Assembly (NCBI GenBank): GCA_038064535.1 | Contig: JBBTSX010000001.1 | Location: forward strand, 1 to 63,744 | Length of the DNA stretch: 63,744 nt | Source: Patescibacteria group bacterium | GTDB taxonomy: Bacteria > Patescibacteriota > Minisyncoccia > Phycocordibacterales > UBA2100 | Direction: 5' to 3' | Part shown: positions 15,763 to 25,849 of the stretch, piece after piece | Position numbering within the stretch: position 1 is the first letter of the stretch | Layout: the number at the start of each line of letters is the position of its first letter | Position numbers and translations under genes: made by a program | Notes under the pieces: generated by a model | What the model was told of the DNA's origin: nothing | The model's input: only the letters and a program-made list of their open reading frames with translations | The model's database searches: none

Positions 15763-17460
15763 CTATGTCTCGGCCGACGTAACGAGTGTGACACCCTCCT
15801 CTTCGGCCCTGCGCCACAGTCTCGCGCGCACAGAGGCAAGTGTCTCTTTGTACTCACGACTGCCGAGCAAGTGATACGTCAAAGCCGTCGCGATAATGCC
15901 GCTGATGCCTCCGAGAAGTCCCAACAGAAAGACCGGCAGTGTCTCGGTCGACGGGAAGAGCGGGCTGAAAAGTGAAAGCGCGACATAGGCCCCCGCGCCG
16001 CCCAAAAGTGCGGCGGCGCAGCTCTCGAGAAATGCACGACGTACCTGCGCGAAAAATCCGCCGAAGCGATACTCGAAGTGAATGGTAAGTACAATAGCCC
16101 CCACAATAGACGCAAGCGCGTACGAAAAGCTGAGAGCGACCACCCGCGCGCCCTGCACGTCCTCGATGCGCAACAGCGCACTGACCACATGCAGTATCCC
16201 AGCGTTATCAAGTATGGCGAGCGTACCAATCGCGCATCCGAGGGTCGCCACCATAGTGCCGAAAGAAATGACGAACGGCATAAAGGTCCTGCCGGCGGCG
16301 TAGTACCCGCGCACGAGCAAAAGCTGGAGTCCTTGTGCGGCGAGCGCGAGCGAGAAAAGCGCAAAACAGGCCGCGGTAAGTCGGGTATCGGTCCAATCGA
16401 ACGCACCGCTCCCCAAAATAACGCGCACCACATACGCGCGTAGTACGAGAATGAGCGCGCTTATCGGTATGGACCAGAAGAAAACATAGCGCGCGGCAGT
16501 TGCCACGTGCTCGATAAATTGCACGCGCGCGCCGCGCGAAAGTGCTTCCGCGAGCGTCGGAAACGCGGCGACGGAGTACGATGCTCCGATGATGGCGAGC
16601 GGCACGCTGGCAAGGTTGTACGCAAACATAAAGACCGCGATGGAGCCGGATACGAGCGTGCCGGCAAGCGCGGTAAGTCCGAGAAACGTAAGTTGGCCCA
16701 TGGAGAGCGCGAGGGCGCGCGGCACCGATACAAGCGCCGTATGCAGGAGTGCGCGAGGTTCACGTAGCCGAGGGATGCGCCGCAAAAACCCGTCGGAAAC
16801 GACCGCGGGAATCTGGATTCCCGCGTGAAAGAGCGCACCGATTACGACTCCCCACGCCAGTCCCGCGATGCCCCACACCGGATAGAGGAACGCTACACCG
16901 GCAATGATGCCGATGTTGTAGAGAAGCGGAGAGAGCGCATAGAGCGCATAGCGATGCCGGCTTTGGGTTATGGCCGCGAGAATATTCGATAATCCGAGAA
17001 GAATCGGCTGCAACAGCAGGATGCGTGTGACTGTGACGAGCTGGGACGCATGTTCGCCCGTGAACGCGGGGAACAGATAGCCCAATATAGAGGGCGCGAG
17101 GAGTGCGGCAGTACACGCGACGAAAACTGCAAATAAGGAAAATCCGGCGACTATCGTGTCGATATAATCGCGCTGTCCGCCCTCGTTGCGCCGCGCCAAT
17201 TCCGGAATAAGCATGTATACCGAGACCAGCGCAGCGGTTCCCACGAAGATAAGGTCGGGAATGCGGAAACCGGCGTAGTACAAGTCGAGCGTCGTGGAAG
17301 CGCCGAAGGAGTGTGCGAGGAGCCTGTCGCGTACGAGTGCCAAGAGCGACGAGAGGAGCGCGCAGGCCGCAAGCACGTACGCCGCGGCATGCAGGCCGCG
17401 CACCTCGGATGAAAGAAAGCGCAGGGCGCGTCCGGTGAGATCTATGCCGTTTTTTATCAT
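15763..17460 (-). CDS. murJ: lipid II flippase MurJ (MviN family)
   Basis: 565 aa polytopic protein; N-terminus LALVRDRLLAHSFGASTTLDLYYAGFRIPDLIF is typical of MurJ. Confidence 0.9.
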   Translation of the reverse strand: MIKNGIDLTGRALRFLSSEVRGLHAAAYVLAACALLSSLLALVRDRLLAHSFGASTTLDLYYAGFRIPDLIFVGTAALVSVYMLIPELARRNEGGQRDYIDTIVAGFSLFAVFVACTAALLAPSILGYLFPAFTGEHASQLVTVTRILLLQPILLGLSNILAAITQSRHRYALYALSPLLYNIGIIAGVAFLYPVWGIAGLAWGVVIGALFHAGIQIPAVVSDGFLRRIPRLREPRALLHTALVSVPRALALSMGQLTFLGLTALAGTLVSGSIAVFMFAYNLASVPLAIIGASYSVAAFPTLAEALSRGARVQFIEHVATAARYVFFWSIPISALILVLRAYVVRVILGSGAFDWTDTRLTAACFALFSLALAAQGLQLLLVRGYYAAGRTFMPFVISFGTMVATLGCAIGTLAILDNAGILHVVSALLRIEDVQGARVVALSFSYALASIVGAIVLTIHFEYRFGGFFAQVRRAFLESCAAALLGGAGAYVALSLFSPLFPSTETLPVFLLGLLGGISGIIATALTYHLLGSREYKETLASVRARLWRRAEEEGVTLVTSAET

Positions 17461-19766
17461 AGGCTTTTCTTTTTTGCTGACGTTGGCGTACCGGTGGCGG
17501 ATGAGAGCGCGGGTTTACCTGCCTGAATGTTTTGTATCATTTTTGGAAGTGTCGCGTCCGTCGGATTCAGCCGCTGTACGTGCATGAGCACATTGAGCGC
17601 ATCATCGGTACGGCCGAGGTTGTCGTAAGAAAGTCCAAGCACAAAAAGCGCGTCGGCGTAATCCTGCTGTAGCGCTACCGCTTTTTGGAGTGCATTCGCC
17701 GCATCCGCATACGAGCCCGCGCTGTAGAGCACAATACCGAGATTGTACCAACTTTGCGGGTCGTCCGGTGTCGCTCGTGTGACAGTAGTCGCGTCTGCGA
17801 TAGCGGCGGGAATGTTGCTCAGAGCCACGTGTACTTGTGCGCGCAATGTGTAGGCCGCAGGCAAATCGCCTTTCAGTGCGATTGCCTGATTGAGAAGCTC
17901 AAGCGCGTCGGAGTATTTCTTCTCGGCAATGTTGAGCTGTGCGAGTGAAATGAGCGGTAGCGGACTGCCGGGGTTATCCGTTCGTGCACGTTCGTATGCC
18001 ATCTTCGCGTTCTCGTATGCACCCTGCACACCGACACCGGCGAGACTCTGGTAGAGATTTGCGATTGCGAGCCAATTACGATAACCACCGCTGTCTATCG
18101 ATACGGCGGCAAGACCGTGCTCTATGGTCGCCTGCAGTGATTTCTGAAGCCCTGCGGCCGCCGGCGTAGCGCCTTGCGAAGAGATTTGAGACAGTTCGAG
18201 CAGGCCTATTTCCACTGCCGCGCGTTGTGCGCGTGCGTTGTGCGGATTGACGGTAAGCGCCCTGCCGACAAGCGAGAGCGCGTGTTGAGTATCGTTCGTC
18301 TTGGTGTAGGCGACCGCGCTCGCGCTCACCAACACATCGGACAGTACTGCGCGAAGCGTGAATACCGACGAGAAGACAAGCGCCACGGGGATGAAGAGGA
18401 CGGCAACTGTTCTTGCGACACCGGACCTGTTGTGCGAGCGTAGCGGGATATTCCAGCGCCCGTCATGAACGCCACCGACCGCAAGCGCGCCGAGCAACGC
18501 AAACGTGAGAGCAGAGAGCCCGGCACCCGGAACATACAGAATATGAAACAGGACGAGATACAAGACCGAAGCAAATATTGCCGCGGTGACGGTGCGCGCC
18601 GGTGCGCGCGCCCGTTCGCGCATAAAATCAAAAGCCGCCGCGAAGAGCGCTAGCAACAGAAGCAGCCACGCGCCGACACCGAGAATCCCGACCGTCACGA
18701 AGGCCGTCGGAATGAATCCTACGCCCGCATTGAAATCAACGTTCCAGAAATCCGTGTTGTTTACGCCGGCAGGCTTATACAGACTCCACTCGCGGGTAAA
18801 TGTGTTCGGCCCCGAGCCGAACAAAACGGGTACCACACCCGTGAAAACGCCCTTGCCGACCGCAAATGTCGCGTTCCACGAGGGACGCACTTCGGTGTTC
18901 AGGACCCGCATCGGAGCCGGCAAATGGCTATATATAAACGACCCGCCGTAGCCACATACGAGCGCCACGATGCCGATAATGAGCATGGCTATTACCCGCG
19001 AGGCTGCGGTGTTATCTCCCCTCCGCGAAACAAATTCCGAAACGGAGGTACGCCATTGGTACAATCCGAACAAAATGATGAGTGCGCCGAGCGCATACCA
19101 GACATCACTCACGTTGACGACAAAGAGCATCAGACCGGAGCTGATGCCGAGCGCGACAAATATCCATTTCCATCTTCCCTCCGCGGCGGGTGTACCCCAC
19201 AAAGCGCAGGAGACAAAAAGGAGCAGTCCGGAGATGATACCAAGTTCGTGCCACGACCCGAAGATACTCGTCGCGGAACTTGTGAGCACCCCGAGCGTCA
19301 CACCGGGCACCAAGATATGAAATAGTTGCACGACCATGAGCGCGAGACCGCCGAGCGCAAACGAACGCGTGTATGCCACGGTCGCATCCGCGCTGTCCTC
19401 AAACGCAACCGCACACAGTAGGAGGCATCCGAATAAGAGCGACATCGCGGCGACCGTGTCCTGTTCGCCCATTCCACCGGCGAGCGACGCAGCGGACGCA
19501 CCGTGGATGAGTGCGGAGAGCACGTAAGTGACCGGGAGCAAAAGTGCGGCCAGAGGAATGAGACCGCTCGGGAGACGCACCGTCCTATCCCGGTAGCGCC
19601 CCACTCCCCATGCGATAACCGCGACGAGAATGATGACTGCGAGCAATATCGTCTTCGCCTGTGCGACCGTTACCGATGCGACGGGAACAAAAAAAACGAC
19701 CAGAAATCCGGGCAAAAGAACGGCACAGAAACGGACGATTGTATCGGCAGTGGAATCTCTCCTCAT
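17457..19766 (-). CDS. O-antigen ligase (Wzy_C)-like polytopic membrane protein with C-terminal TPR repeats
   Basis: About 450 aa of TM helices followed by TPR-like repeats (AYTLRAQVHVALSN..., WYNLGIVLYSAGSYADAANALQKAVAL, ALFVLGLSYDNLGRTDDAL); stop overlaps the murJ start. Confidence 0.8.
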   Translation of the reverse strand: MRRDSTADTIVRFCAVLLPGFLVVFFVPVASVTVAQAKTILLAVIILVAVIAWGVGRYRDRTVRLPSGLIPLAALLLPVTYVLSALIHGASAASLAGGMGEQDTVAAMSLLFGCLLLCAVAFEDSADATVAYTRSFALGGLALMVVQLFHILVPGVTLGVLTSSATSIFGSWHELGIISGLLLFVSCALWGTPAAEGRWKWIFVALGISSGLMLFVVNVSDVWYALGALIILFGLYQWRTSVSEFVSRRGDNTAASRVIAMLIIGIVALVCGYGGSFIYSHLPAPMRVLNTEVRPSWNATFAVGKGVFTGVVPVLFGSGPNTFTREWSLYKPAGVNNTDFWNVDFNAGVGFIPTAFVTVGILGVGAWLLLLLALFAAAFDFMRERARAPARTVTAAIFASVLYLVLFHILYVPGAGLSALTFALLGALAVGGVHDGRWNIPLRSHNRSGVARTVAVLFIPVALVFSSVFTLRAVLSDVLVSASAVAYTKTNDTQHALSLVGRALTVNPHNARAQRAAVEIGLLELSQISSQGATPAAAGLQKSLQATIEHGLAAVSIDSGGYRNWLAIANLYQSLAGVGVQGAYENAKMAYERARTDNPGSPLPLISLAQLNIAEKKYSDALELLNQAIALKGDLPAAYTLRAQVHVALSNIPAAIADATTVTRATPDDPQSWYNLGIVLYSAGSYADAANALQKAVALQQDYADALFVLGLSYDNLGRTDDALNVLMHVQRLNPTDATLPKMIQNIQAGKPALSSATGTPTSAKKKSL

Positions 19767-19823
19767 AACAATTAACCTATCGTAACACGGAGACTCTTTT
19801 CATTGATTGGGGATGTTTTATAC

Positions 19824-19849
19824 AAAAAGAACCCTTTCGGGTCCTTTTT
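19824..19849 (-). terminator. intrinsic terminator after rnpB
   Basis: Minus strand AAAAAGGACCC-GAAA-GGGTTCTTTTT. Confidence 0.7.
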
Positions 19850-19850
19850 G

Positions 19851-20302
19851 CTCTGCGTAATGAGCCGGATTCTGTTCCGATTCTACCCACCGCAGGTGGC
19901 TGCAGAATCGAGAACCCTGAGTTCATCGAAGGGTTGCCCCTCGACTTCGCTCGGGACGCTCGATTTTGCAACTGCCTGCGGCAGGCAAAATTGGCGACAG
20001 TCATGCATCTGGGATGAATGTTGCCATTCACCTCGAGCGACTCTTTCGTGAGGTCCAATTGGTCCCCCACGAACACGGTCTTGCACGCAGGTAGGATTTT
20101 TGCCGTTGCACCCTCTGTGTTTCCACAAAGGCTACTCCTTGCGGAGCCCCTCGCCTCTCGGCTTGGGCGTCTCTGTTCGCATCCCTGGGATTACCCCGGC
20201 GGGCGTTACCCGCTACCGTCCTCCATATCTCTTGCGAAACATGGGCGTGTCCGGACTTTCCTCAGTCGGTCTTGCGACCAACCGCGACTGCCTAACGCAG
20301 GC
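19851..20302 (-). ncRNA. rnpB: RNase P RNA (bacterial, type A-like)
   Basis: Minus strand carries the universal P4 strands GAGGAAAGTCCGGAC (revcomp of 20249..20263) and ACAGAATCCGGCTCA (revcomp of 19861..19875); P1 pairing CTGCGT/ACGCAG; no credible ORF in the region. Confidence 0.88.
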
Positions 20303-20380
20303 GTGTAGAATATCATACTTGACTTCTAAAATCAAGATTGTATAGTCACTTTGGCAATTCTCTTGGTCTGGAGGCCGCAC

Positions 20381-20626
20381 ATGCAAGTTAAGTTCCAAGC
20401 CACCTTATCTCATGGGGCTATCTCGTCTATGCTACTCGACGTCACAACCGGCGATCGCATCAGGGACGTCCTCAAGGCGGCCCAGGCAGAAGGGTTTCAG
20501 ATCGGCTACATGCGCCTTTGGCTGAACCAGAAACCTGTCAATGACCCGATAGCGGGACTCGGCCTGCCTGTACAAGCAGGCGATCAAATCCGTATCGAGT
20601 ATCCACAATGCTGGGAGCTTGACTAA
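20381..20626 (+). CDS. hypothetical small protein (possible beta-grasp/ubiquitin-like fold)
   Basis: GGAGG 6 nt upstream of ATG 20381; 81 aa; followed by a terminator. Confidence 0.5.
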   Translation: MQVKFQATLSHGAISSMLLDVTTGDRIRDVLKAAQAEGFQIGYMRLWLNQKPVNDPIAGLGLPVQAGDQIRIEYPQCWELD

Positions 20627-20642
20627 CGGTATCAATCAAAAG

Positions 20643-20675
20643 GCTCCCGGCGGAAACGTCGGGCGCTTTTCTTTT
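20643..20675 (+). terminator. intrinsic terminator
   Basis: GCTCCCGGCG-GAAA-CGTCGGGCGC followed by TTTTCTTTT. Confidence 0.7.
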
Positions 20676-20677
20676 AT

Positions 20678-21949
20678 ATGAATGCTAGGATGCAGCGCAT
20701 GAAGACGGGAATCTGGGACGTGGCGGTTATCGGTGGCGGACCTGCGGGCATGATGGCTACCGGGCGCGCTGCGGAGCTCGGCGCAAAAGTCGTGCTTATT
20801 GAAAAGAATACAACGCTCGGTAAAAAGCTTCTCATCACCGGCGGCGGACGATGCAATGTCACGAATGCGGAGCCGGACACACGAAAACTGTTGGCGAAGT
20901 TCAAACGCGGAGGAAAATTCCTCCCCTCTCCTTTTTCACAATGGAACAACGCAAACGCCGTGAACTTCTTCAATAAGCGCGGCATGCCGACGAAAGTCGA
21001 GGCCGAACAGCGCGTGTTCCCCGTTTCCGATTCTGCACGCTCGGTGTGGGACGTACTCGTACGCTACATGAAAGATGGCGGCGTCACCGTAGTCTCCAAT
21101 TCTCCCGTCACACGACTTGAGAAAGATAGTGAGCGGATAACAAGAGTTATTCTCAAAAACGGTCGCGAGATACGGGCGAAGAATTTCATCCTCGCGACGG
21201 GCGGACTCTCCCGCCCCGAGACCGGCTCGACCGGCGACGGGTTCGCGATACTGAAAACGCTTGGACACAAAGTGAACGACACCAATGCCGCGCTCGTCCC
21301 CGTCGCACTCAAGGAGAGTTGGGTGAAACGGGCCGCGGGCGTGAGCATGACGAACGTGAAGATAACTATCTATCAGAACGAAAAGAAACAGGAGTCGCGC
21401 GAAGGTAAAATTCTTTTCACACATGTCGGCTTGAGCGGCCCGGCAATCCTTAACATGAGTCGCGACATCGGCGAACTTCTGCAATACGGCGAAGTGACGC
21501 TCGAACTCGACCTGCTACCCGACATGGGGCCGGAGAAAGTGAACGCACGTCTGCAGGAAGTATTGAAAACTGATATCAACAAGAAAGTAAAGAATGTGCT
21601 TGGCTCACTCGTTCCCCCCGCCCTTGTTGCCGTACTTCTCGAACTCGCAGACATCAAGAGTGATACGCCTTGCCACAGTGTGACGCGCCTAGAGCGCCTC
21701 ACCCTCGCGCACCTGCTCAAACACCTGCGCGTCACGGTTAAGAGCCTGCTCGGGCTCGATAAAGCGATTATCACCTCCGGCGGTATCGCGCTTGAAGAGA
21801 TTGATTTTAAGACGATGCGCTCGCTCAAATATCCCAATCTCTACATCGTCGGCGATTTACTCGACATCGACCGCCCCTCCGGCGGCTACAGCCTCCAGCT
21901 TTGCTGGACCACCGGCTTTGTCGCCGGCTCCTCCGCATATCAAGGTTAA
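20678..21949 (+). CDS. HI0933/YhiN-like FAD-dependent oxidoreductase (aminoacetone oxidase family)
   Basis: DVAVIGGGPAGMMA dinucleotide fold plus ITGGGRCNVTN signature. Confidence 0.85.
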   Translation: MNARMQRMKTGIWDVAVIGGGPAGMMATGRAAELGAKVVLIEKNTTLGKKLLITGGGRCNVTNAEPDTRKLLAKFKRGGKFLPSPFSQWNNANAVNFFNKRGMPTKVEAEQRVFPVSDSARSVWDVLVRYMKDGGVTVVSNSPVTRLEKDSERITRVILKNGREIRAKNFILATGGLSRPETGSTGDGFAILKTLGHKVNDTNAALVPVALKESWVKRAAGVSMTNVKITIYQNEKKQESREGKILFTHVGLSGPAILNMSRDIGELLQYGEVTLELDLLPDMGPEKVNARLQEVLKTDINKKVKNVLGSLVPPALVAVLLELADIKSDTPCHSVTRLERLTLAHLLKHLRVTVKSLLGLDKAIITSGGIALEEIDFKTMRSLKYPNLYIVGDLLDIDRPSGGYSLQLCWTTGFVAGSSAYQG

Positions 21950-22113
21950 ACCTTGATACTCACGGTTCCTATTCGGCTTCTCGTTGAAGCACGAATGAGG
22001 ATTTCCCTTGCGCATAACATTTTGTGTTGACAACTCAGGCAATATGATGTTAATTGTCCCCAGTAATTGGCCGTGCGCGAGGGTCCCCCTCCCGCATATT
22101 GGAGGTTCAAATC

Positions 22114-22353
22114 ATGGCGACGAGCACTGGACAATCCACAAGGGTAGGTCGACCTGTAAGAAAGCCAACTTTCACGAGAAAGCAATTGGCGGTAATTGAA
22201 CGTGCTCGCAAACGGACTCTTCGCCTATATAAAGATCCGAACGACGAGGTTAAACGAGCACTTTCCCTTTACGAATCGCTACTCAAGGCACAATCCAAAC
22301 GCAAGACACGTCCGCGTCAATCACGGCGCAGAGCAAAACTGCGACGACGATAG
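22114..22353 (+). CDS. hypothetical small basic protein
   Basis: GGAGG-N7-ATG 22114; 79 aa, Lys/Arg-rich tail (KRKTRPRQSRRRAKLRRR). Confidence 0.5.
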   Translation: MATSTGQSTRVGRPVRKPTFTRKQLAVIERARKRTLRLYKDPNDEVKRALSLYESLLKAQSKRKTRPRQSRRRAKLRRR

Positions 22354-22370
22354 GATTTGCCATGTCGTAC

Positions 22371-22400
22371 AAAAACCCCGGCGACGTTGCCGGGGTTCTT
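22371..22400. terminator. bidirectional intrinsic terminator between convergent genes
   Basis: AAAAACCCCGGC-gacgtt-GCCGGGGTTCTT. Confidence 0.7.
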
Positions 22401-22434
22401 ACTACGTTCTACGTTCTATCAACTATCAACTGTT

Positions 22435-24795
22435 CTAGATTATTTCGCACGTGCCGCCGGCACAGGCCAACTCCTTCTTCTGCTCGGTCTCGTCGGTGCG
22501 TTCGTAGATGACGAGCTTCGAGTAGTCGATTTGCGGGAATTTCTTCGCGAGTTCCTCGTAGCGCTTTTTGTCTATCGTTTCGTACGGAGCAAGTCGGTAG
22601 ACGTGATTCTCGCGCGGGAGGAACGAGAGACCGCCGATGATGTCCCAATTTTCGTAGAGCCATGAGACGACCGCGACCCACTCTTCTTCTCCTACGGAAA
22701 TTGTTGCCGAAGGATTGTGCTCGGTGAAATTGAGTTTCACCATCTTCCAGTACTCGAGCTGTTCAAGTGCGGAGAGGTCGTTCTTGTAGAGGGACCCGTT
22801 CGGAGACTTCACCGGAAATTCCAAGACGTAGGTGTTGGCTTCGCCCGCGGTCTGCCCCACTTCGGGAGAATGCGGGATGCCCTGATCGCGGACCATCTTG
22901 AAGAGCGAGTCGGTCGCGCTGATGCGGACGCGGCGGATGTAGTACTGCGAGTGACGCGGGTGGATGCCCGATGAGCAGTCGAATGTCTGCGAGACGGTTC
23001 CCGACGGCTTCACGCATGTAATGGAGCTCGACGGATTGATACCGAAGCGCTTGGCGTAGACCGCATTGGTCTTCTTGGTTACCTCGCGCATCTTTTTCAT
23101 CATTTTGCCGTCGCGCACTGCCGGACAGTCCCACTGACCGGTGATGCTCACGCCGAGCAGTCTCTCCGCTTTGCAGTTCTCTTCCCACTCTTTCGAGATG
23201 TAGTTGAAATTCACGAGCGTGGACTGATACGTGCCGAGAAGCGTCGCGAGTTTCGCTTTGCGCATGAGCGATTTCGGCGTGTCGTCGGCGCGGGCGATGA
23301 CTTCGGAGAGATTGCAGAACTGTTTGGACTGCAGGATTATCTCGCCGCATGGATTGGTGCCCACCTGACCGATGAAGTTGCCTTTTTTGCCGTATTTCTT
23401 CTGCAGGAGCTTGATACGGCGCTCCGGCATCGTCTTTTCGAGGCTGCCGCGATTGAAAATACCGCGCTCGCCCGTGCCGGATTTCATGAGAGCCACCCAT
23501 TCGTCCATGAGCTCCGCATTTGTCGGCTTCTGCTCGTAGACGGCGGAGTTGTTGGCGACGGAGCGGTACGGGTCGGTGAGGAAGAATTGTCCTTTCTTCG
23601 CATCGCGTATCTCGACGTCATCGAGGTCGGAAAGAGAAATCATCGCAGTGCGGCGCACACCGCCGGCGACGACACACTCGCCTATTTTGCAAATGATGTC
23701 GTGCGCGTCGATATTATGGAGACGGCGCCCCTGCCGGCGGAGGATGCGTTCGCGTGCGAACATGAGGAGAGAGCGAAGCGGCTCCGGACCGGATGCCTTG
23801 CCGCCCATGGTCTTGAGGCGCGCACCCGCCGGACGGATCATTGAGAAATCAAATTCGACATCCTTGCCCGAGTACCATGCCTTGAGTCCGAGTGTCAGCG
23901 AGTCGCACCAGCCTTCTTTGGTATCCGCAACGACGTGCGTCGGTAATTTTTCTCCCGTCTGCTTTTCTATCTGCGGCAATTGCTGAATGTTGTAACTCTC
24001 CACCGCGTAGCCCACACCGCATCCCTGCATCGAGAGGTACATAATCTCGGCGAAATCATCGAGGCGGACCGGAGCGGTGAATGAGCAGTTGTAAAAACAG
24101 GTGTTGCACTTTTTTGCCGGCGCGCCCGCGAATTGCATCGCGCGCATACTCGGCATGACTTCTTGTTTGAGAATTGCTTCGCGGATTTCCCGGTACTCAC
24201 GTACGTTAAGTTTCTCGCCGAGATTCTCGCGCATGAATCCGACGTAGCGGTCCACCGTTTCTACCCACGTCTCGCGCCGCTGCTCGCTCTCCACCCAACG
24301 CGCATACGTGCGCAGGTAGACAAACTCACCGAGCGGATTGTTTTTGAAATATTTTTTGGACTCTTCCGCAAGCTCTTTGAAGTGCTCAGGCACTTCTCCC
24401 TGCTCTTTGCGTATCTTGGAGCGTTCCGCGCGGTAGAGAATGTAGGATTTTGACGTGCCCACGTAGTCGGAGAGCATCAATTGACGCTCCACTTCGTCCT
24501 GACAGCCCTCCACGGTCGGCAAAAAGTTCCTGTAGGTCTTGCCGATGCGCATCATCTCGCCCGCCACCTTGTGCCCCACTACGACGGCCTCATCCGGAGA
24601 GCCTTCGTTGCTCGCTTTCATCGCTTTTTCTATCGCGCTGACAATTTTGTCGAAGTCGAACGGCACGATGCGGCCGTCGCGCTTCTGGATTTGCGGTAAA
24701 TATTTCTTGTAAACGCGGTTCGCCGCGGTCTCCGAAGTGACTCGGGCCGGTGCTGTCCTCGTCTTGCGAGCTGATGATGTGTGAGCCATGCGCAT
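22435..24795 (-). CDS. nrdJ: class II (adenosylcobalamin-dependent) ribonucleotide reductase with N-terminal ATP-cone
   Basis: ATP-cone (IQKRDGRIVPFDFDKIVSAIEKA), active-site TNPCGEI, C-terminal redox tail ACAGGTCEII. Confidence 0.9.
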   Translation of the reverse strand: MRMAHTSSARKTRTAPARVTSETAANRVYKKYLPQIQKRDGRIVPFDFDKIVSAIEKAMKASNEGSPDEAVVVGHKVAGEMMRIGKTYRNFLPTVEGCQDEVERQLMLSDYVGTSKSYILYRAERSKIRKEQGEVPEHFKELAEESKKYFKNNPLGEFVYLRTYARWVESEQRRETWVETVDRYVGFMRENLGEKLNVREYREIREAILKQEVMPSMRAMQFAGAPAKKCNTCFYNCSFTAPVRLDDFAEIMYLSMQGCGVGYAVESYNIQQLPQIEKQTGEKLPTHVVADTKEGWCDSLTLGLKAWYSGKDVEFDFSMIRPAGARLKTMGGKASGPEPLRSLLMFARERILRRQGRRLHNIDAHDIICKIGECVVAGGVRRTAMISLSDLDDVEIRDAKKGQFFLTDPYRSVANNSAVYEQKPTNAELMDEWVALMKSGTGERGIFNRGSLEKTMPERRIKLLQKKYGKKGNFIGQVGTNPCGEIILQSKQFCNLSEVIARADDTPKSLMRKAKLATLLGTYQSTLVNFNYISKEWEENCKAERLLGVSITGQWDCPAVRDGKMMKKMREVTKKTNAVYAKRFGINPSSSITCVKPSGTVSQTFDCSSGIHPRHSQYYIRRVRISATDSLFKMVRDQGIPHSPEVGQTAGEANTYVLEFPVKSPNGSLYKNDLSALEQLEYWKMVKLNFTEHNPSATISVGEEEWVAVVSWLYENWDIIGGLSFLPRENHVYRLAPYETIDKKRYEELAKKFPQIDYSKLVIYERTDETEQKKELACAGGTCEII

Positions 24796-24904
24796 AAATC
24801 TTAGTTTTAAATCGGATGCTCATTGTACGCCCGCCAACGCGCGAAAAATCAAAAAAAACGGTGGATAACTCACCAAAATCTGAAGCTCATCAGGGTGCCT
24901 CGCG

Positions 24905-25375
24905 TTAGAGCCCTGCAATATCCCCCACTTTGACTCCGTGCATCTCCGCGAAGCCCGCAGGCACCTCCAAAACGTACCGCGCAGGGGTCGGAGAGACGAA
25001 ATCCTCCGGATACGTCGTGGGCGGGGCATTCGGGGCGATGTACACGATACGCCCGTCTGCTGAAATCCAGATGATGTCAATGGAGAAGGTCATATCCTTC
25101 ATCCAGAACGCATATTTCCCGTCGCGCGGAAATACGAAAAGCATTCCTTCGTCGTCTGCGAGCCCGGTGCGACCGCTAAGACCCCGTTCACGCGCCGCTT
25201 CCGTTGCCGCGACCGTCACGCGGAGTGTCTCGCCTCCTATCTGAACGGTAGATGAGGCAGAGTTTTGAGTCGTTGCGACCGGAAGCGGCGTTTGCGCGGA
25301 GTTCTGCATGTAGAAAAACGCCGCAAGCACAACGCACGCGGCTCCTACGAGCATGTATATCAACCCTTTTCTCAT
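24905..25375 (-). CDS. DUF192 domain protein, N-terminally anchored
   Basis: MLFVFPRDGKYAFWMKDMTFSIDIIWISADGRIVYI...RYVLEVPAG is typical of DUF192. Confidence 0.8.
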   Translation of the reverse strand: MRKGLIYMLVGAACVVLAAFFYMQNSAQTPLPVATTQNSASSTVQIGGETLRVTVAATEAARERGLSGRTGLADDEGMLFVFPRDGKYAFWMKDMTFSIDIIWISADGRIVYIAPNAPPTTYPEDFVSPTPARYVLEVPAGFAEMHGVKVGDIAGL

Positions 25376-25384
25376 ATCCGCGTA

Positions 25385-25789
25385 TCAATACAGAAGTACG
25401 AGTGCCATCACAATGAATGCGACAAGCCAGTATCCTGAAACGATTGCATAGTAGCGAATTGGTTTTTGTTCCCAAAGCACAGTGCCAAGCATCGCAGGTG
25501 CGACGAATCCTATCCAGCAAGAAAATCCGAGCGTAACGGCACCGACCCAGTCGTACACTCCGAGAGCGACGCCGATGAATCGCATGACATACGCCGCAAC
25601 CATGCTCGCGAGAAACGCAACGAGAACGCGTACGAGCATACTTTTCTTCCCACGCTCCGTCATTTCGGGAGTGAGGTTTAGAAAACGTATCCACGTGCCG
25701 CCGAACACATTGGGGTGATACCAGATAAATCCGACGATGACGTTTGCAACTCCCGCCGCAAGCAACGGCAACCATGTAGCTGTGCTCAT
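25385..25789 (-). CDS. DUF1761 family membrane protein
   Basis: ATG 25789: MSTATWLPLLAAGVANVIVGFIWYHPNVFGGTW. Confidence 0.72.
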   Translation of the reverse strand: MSTATWLPLLAAGVANVIVGFIWYHPNVFGGTWIRFLNLTPEMTERGKKSMLVRVLVAFLASMVAAYVMRFIGVALGVYDWVGAVTLGFSCWIGFVAPAMLGTVLWEQKPIRYYAIVSGYWLVAFIVMALVLLY

Positions 25790-25849
25790 GCGTTCATGAT
25801 AGCGCCCGCGCGATTCGCGTCCACGACCGCGTGTGCACAATTCAGTGTG

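Noticed and set aside
19777-20398. Several 60-100-aa ORFs on both strands (for example 19777..20076, 20018..20308, 20100..20345)
   Set aside because: The region is occupied by the RNase P RNA, whose universal P4 motifs are present. These ORFs are incidental.
24796-24904. Cobalamin riboswitch or NrdR boxes upstream of the B12-dependent nrdJ
   Set aside because: The leader is ~35 nt after a TACAAT box. There is no B12-box-like GCCACTG and no paired NrdR-box palindromes.
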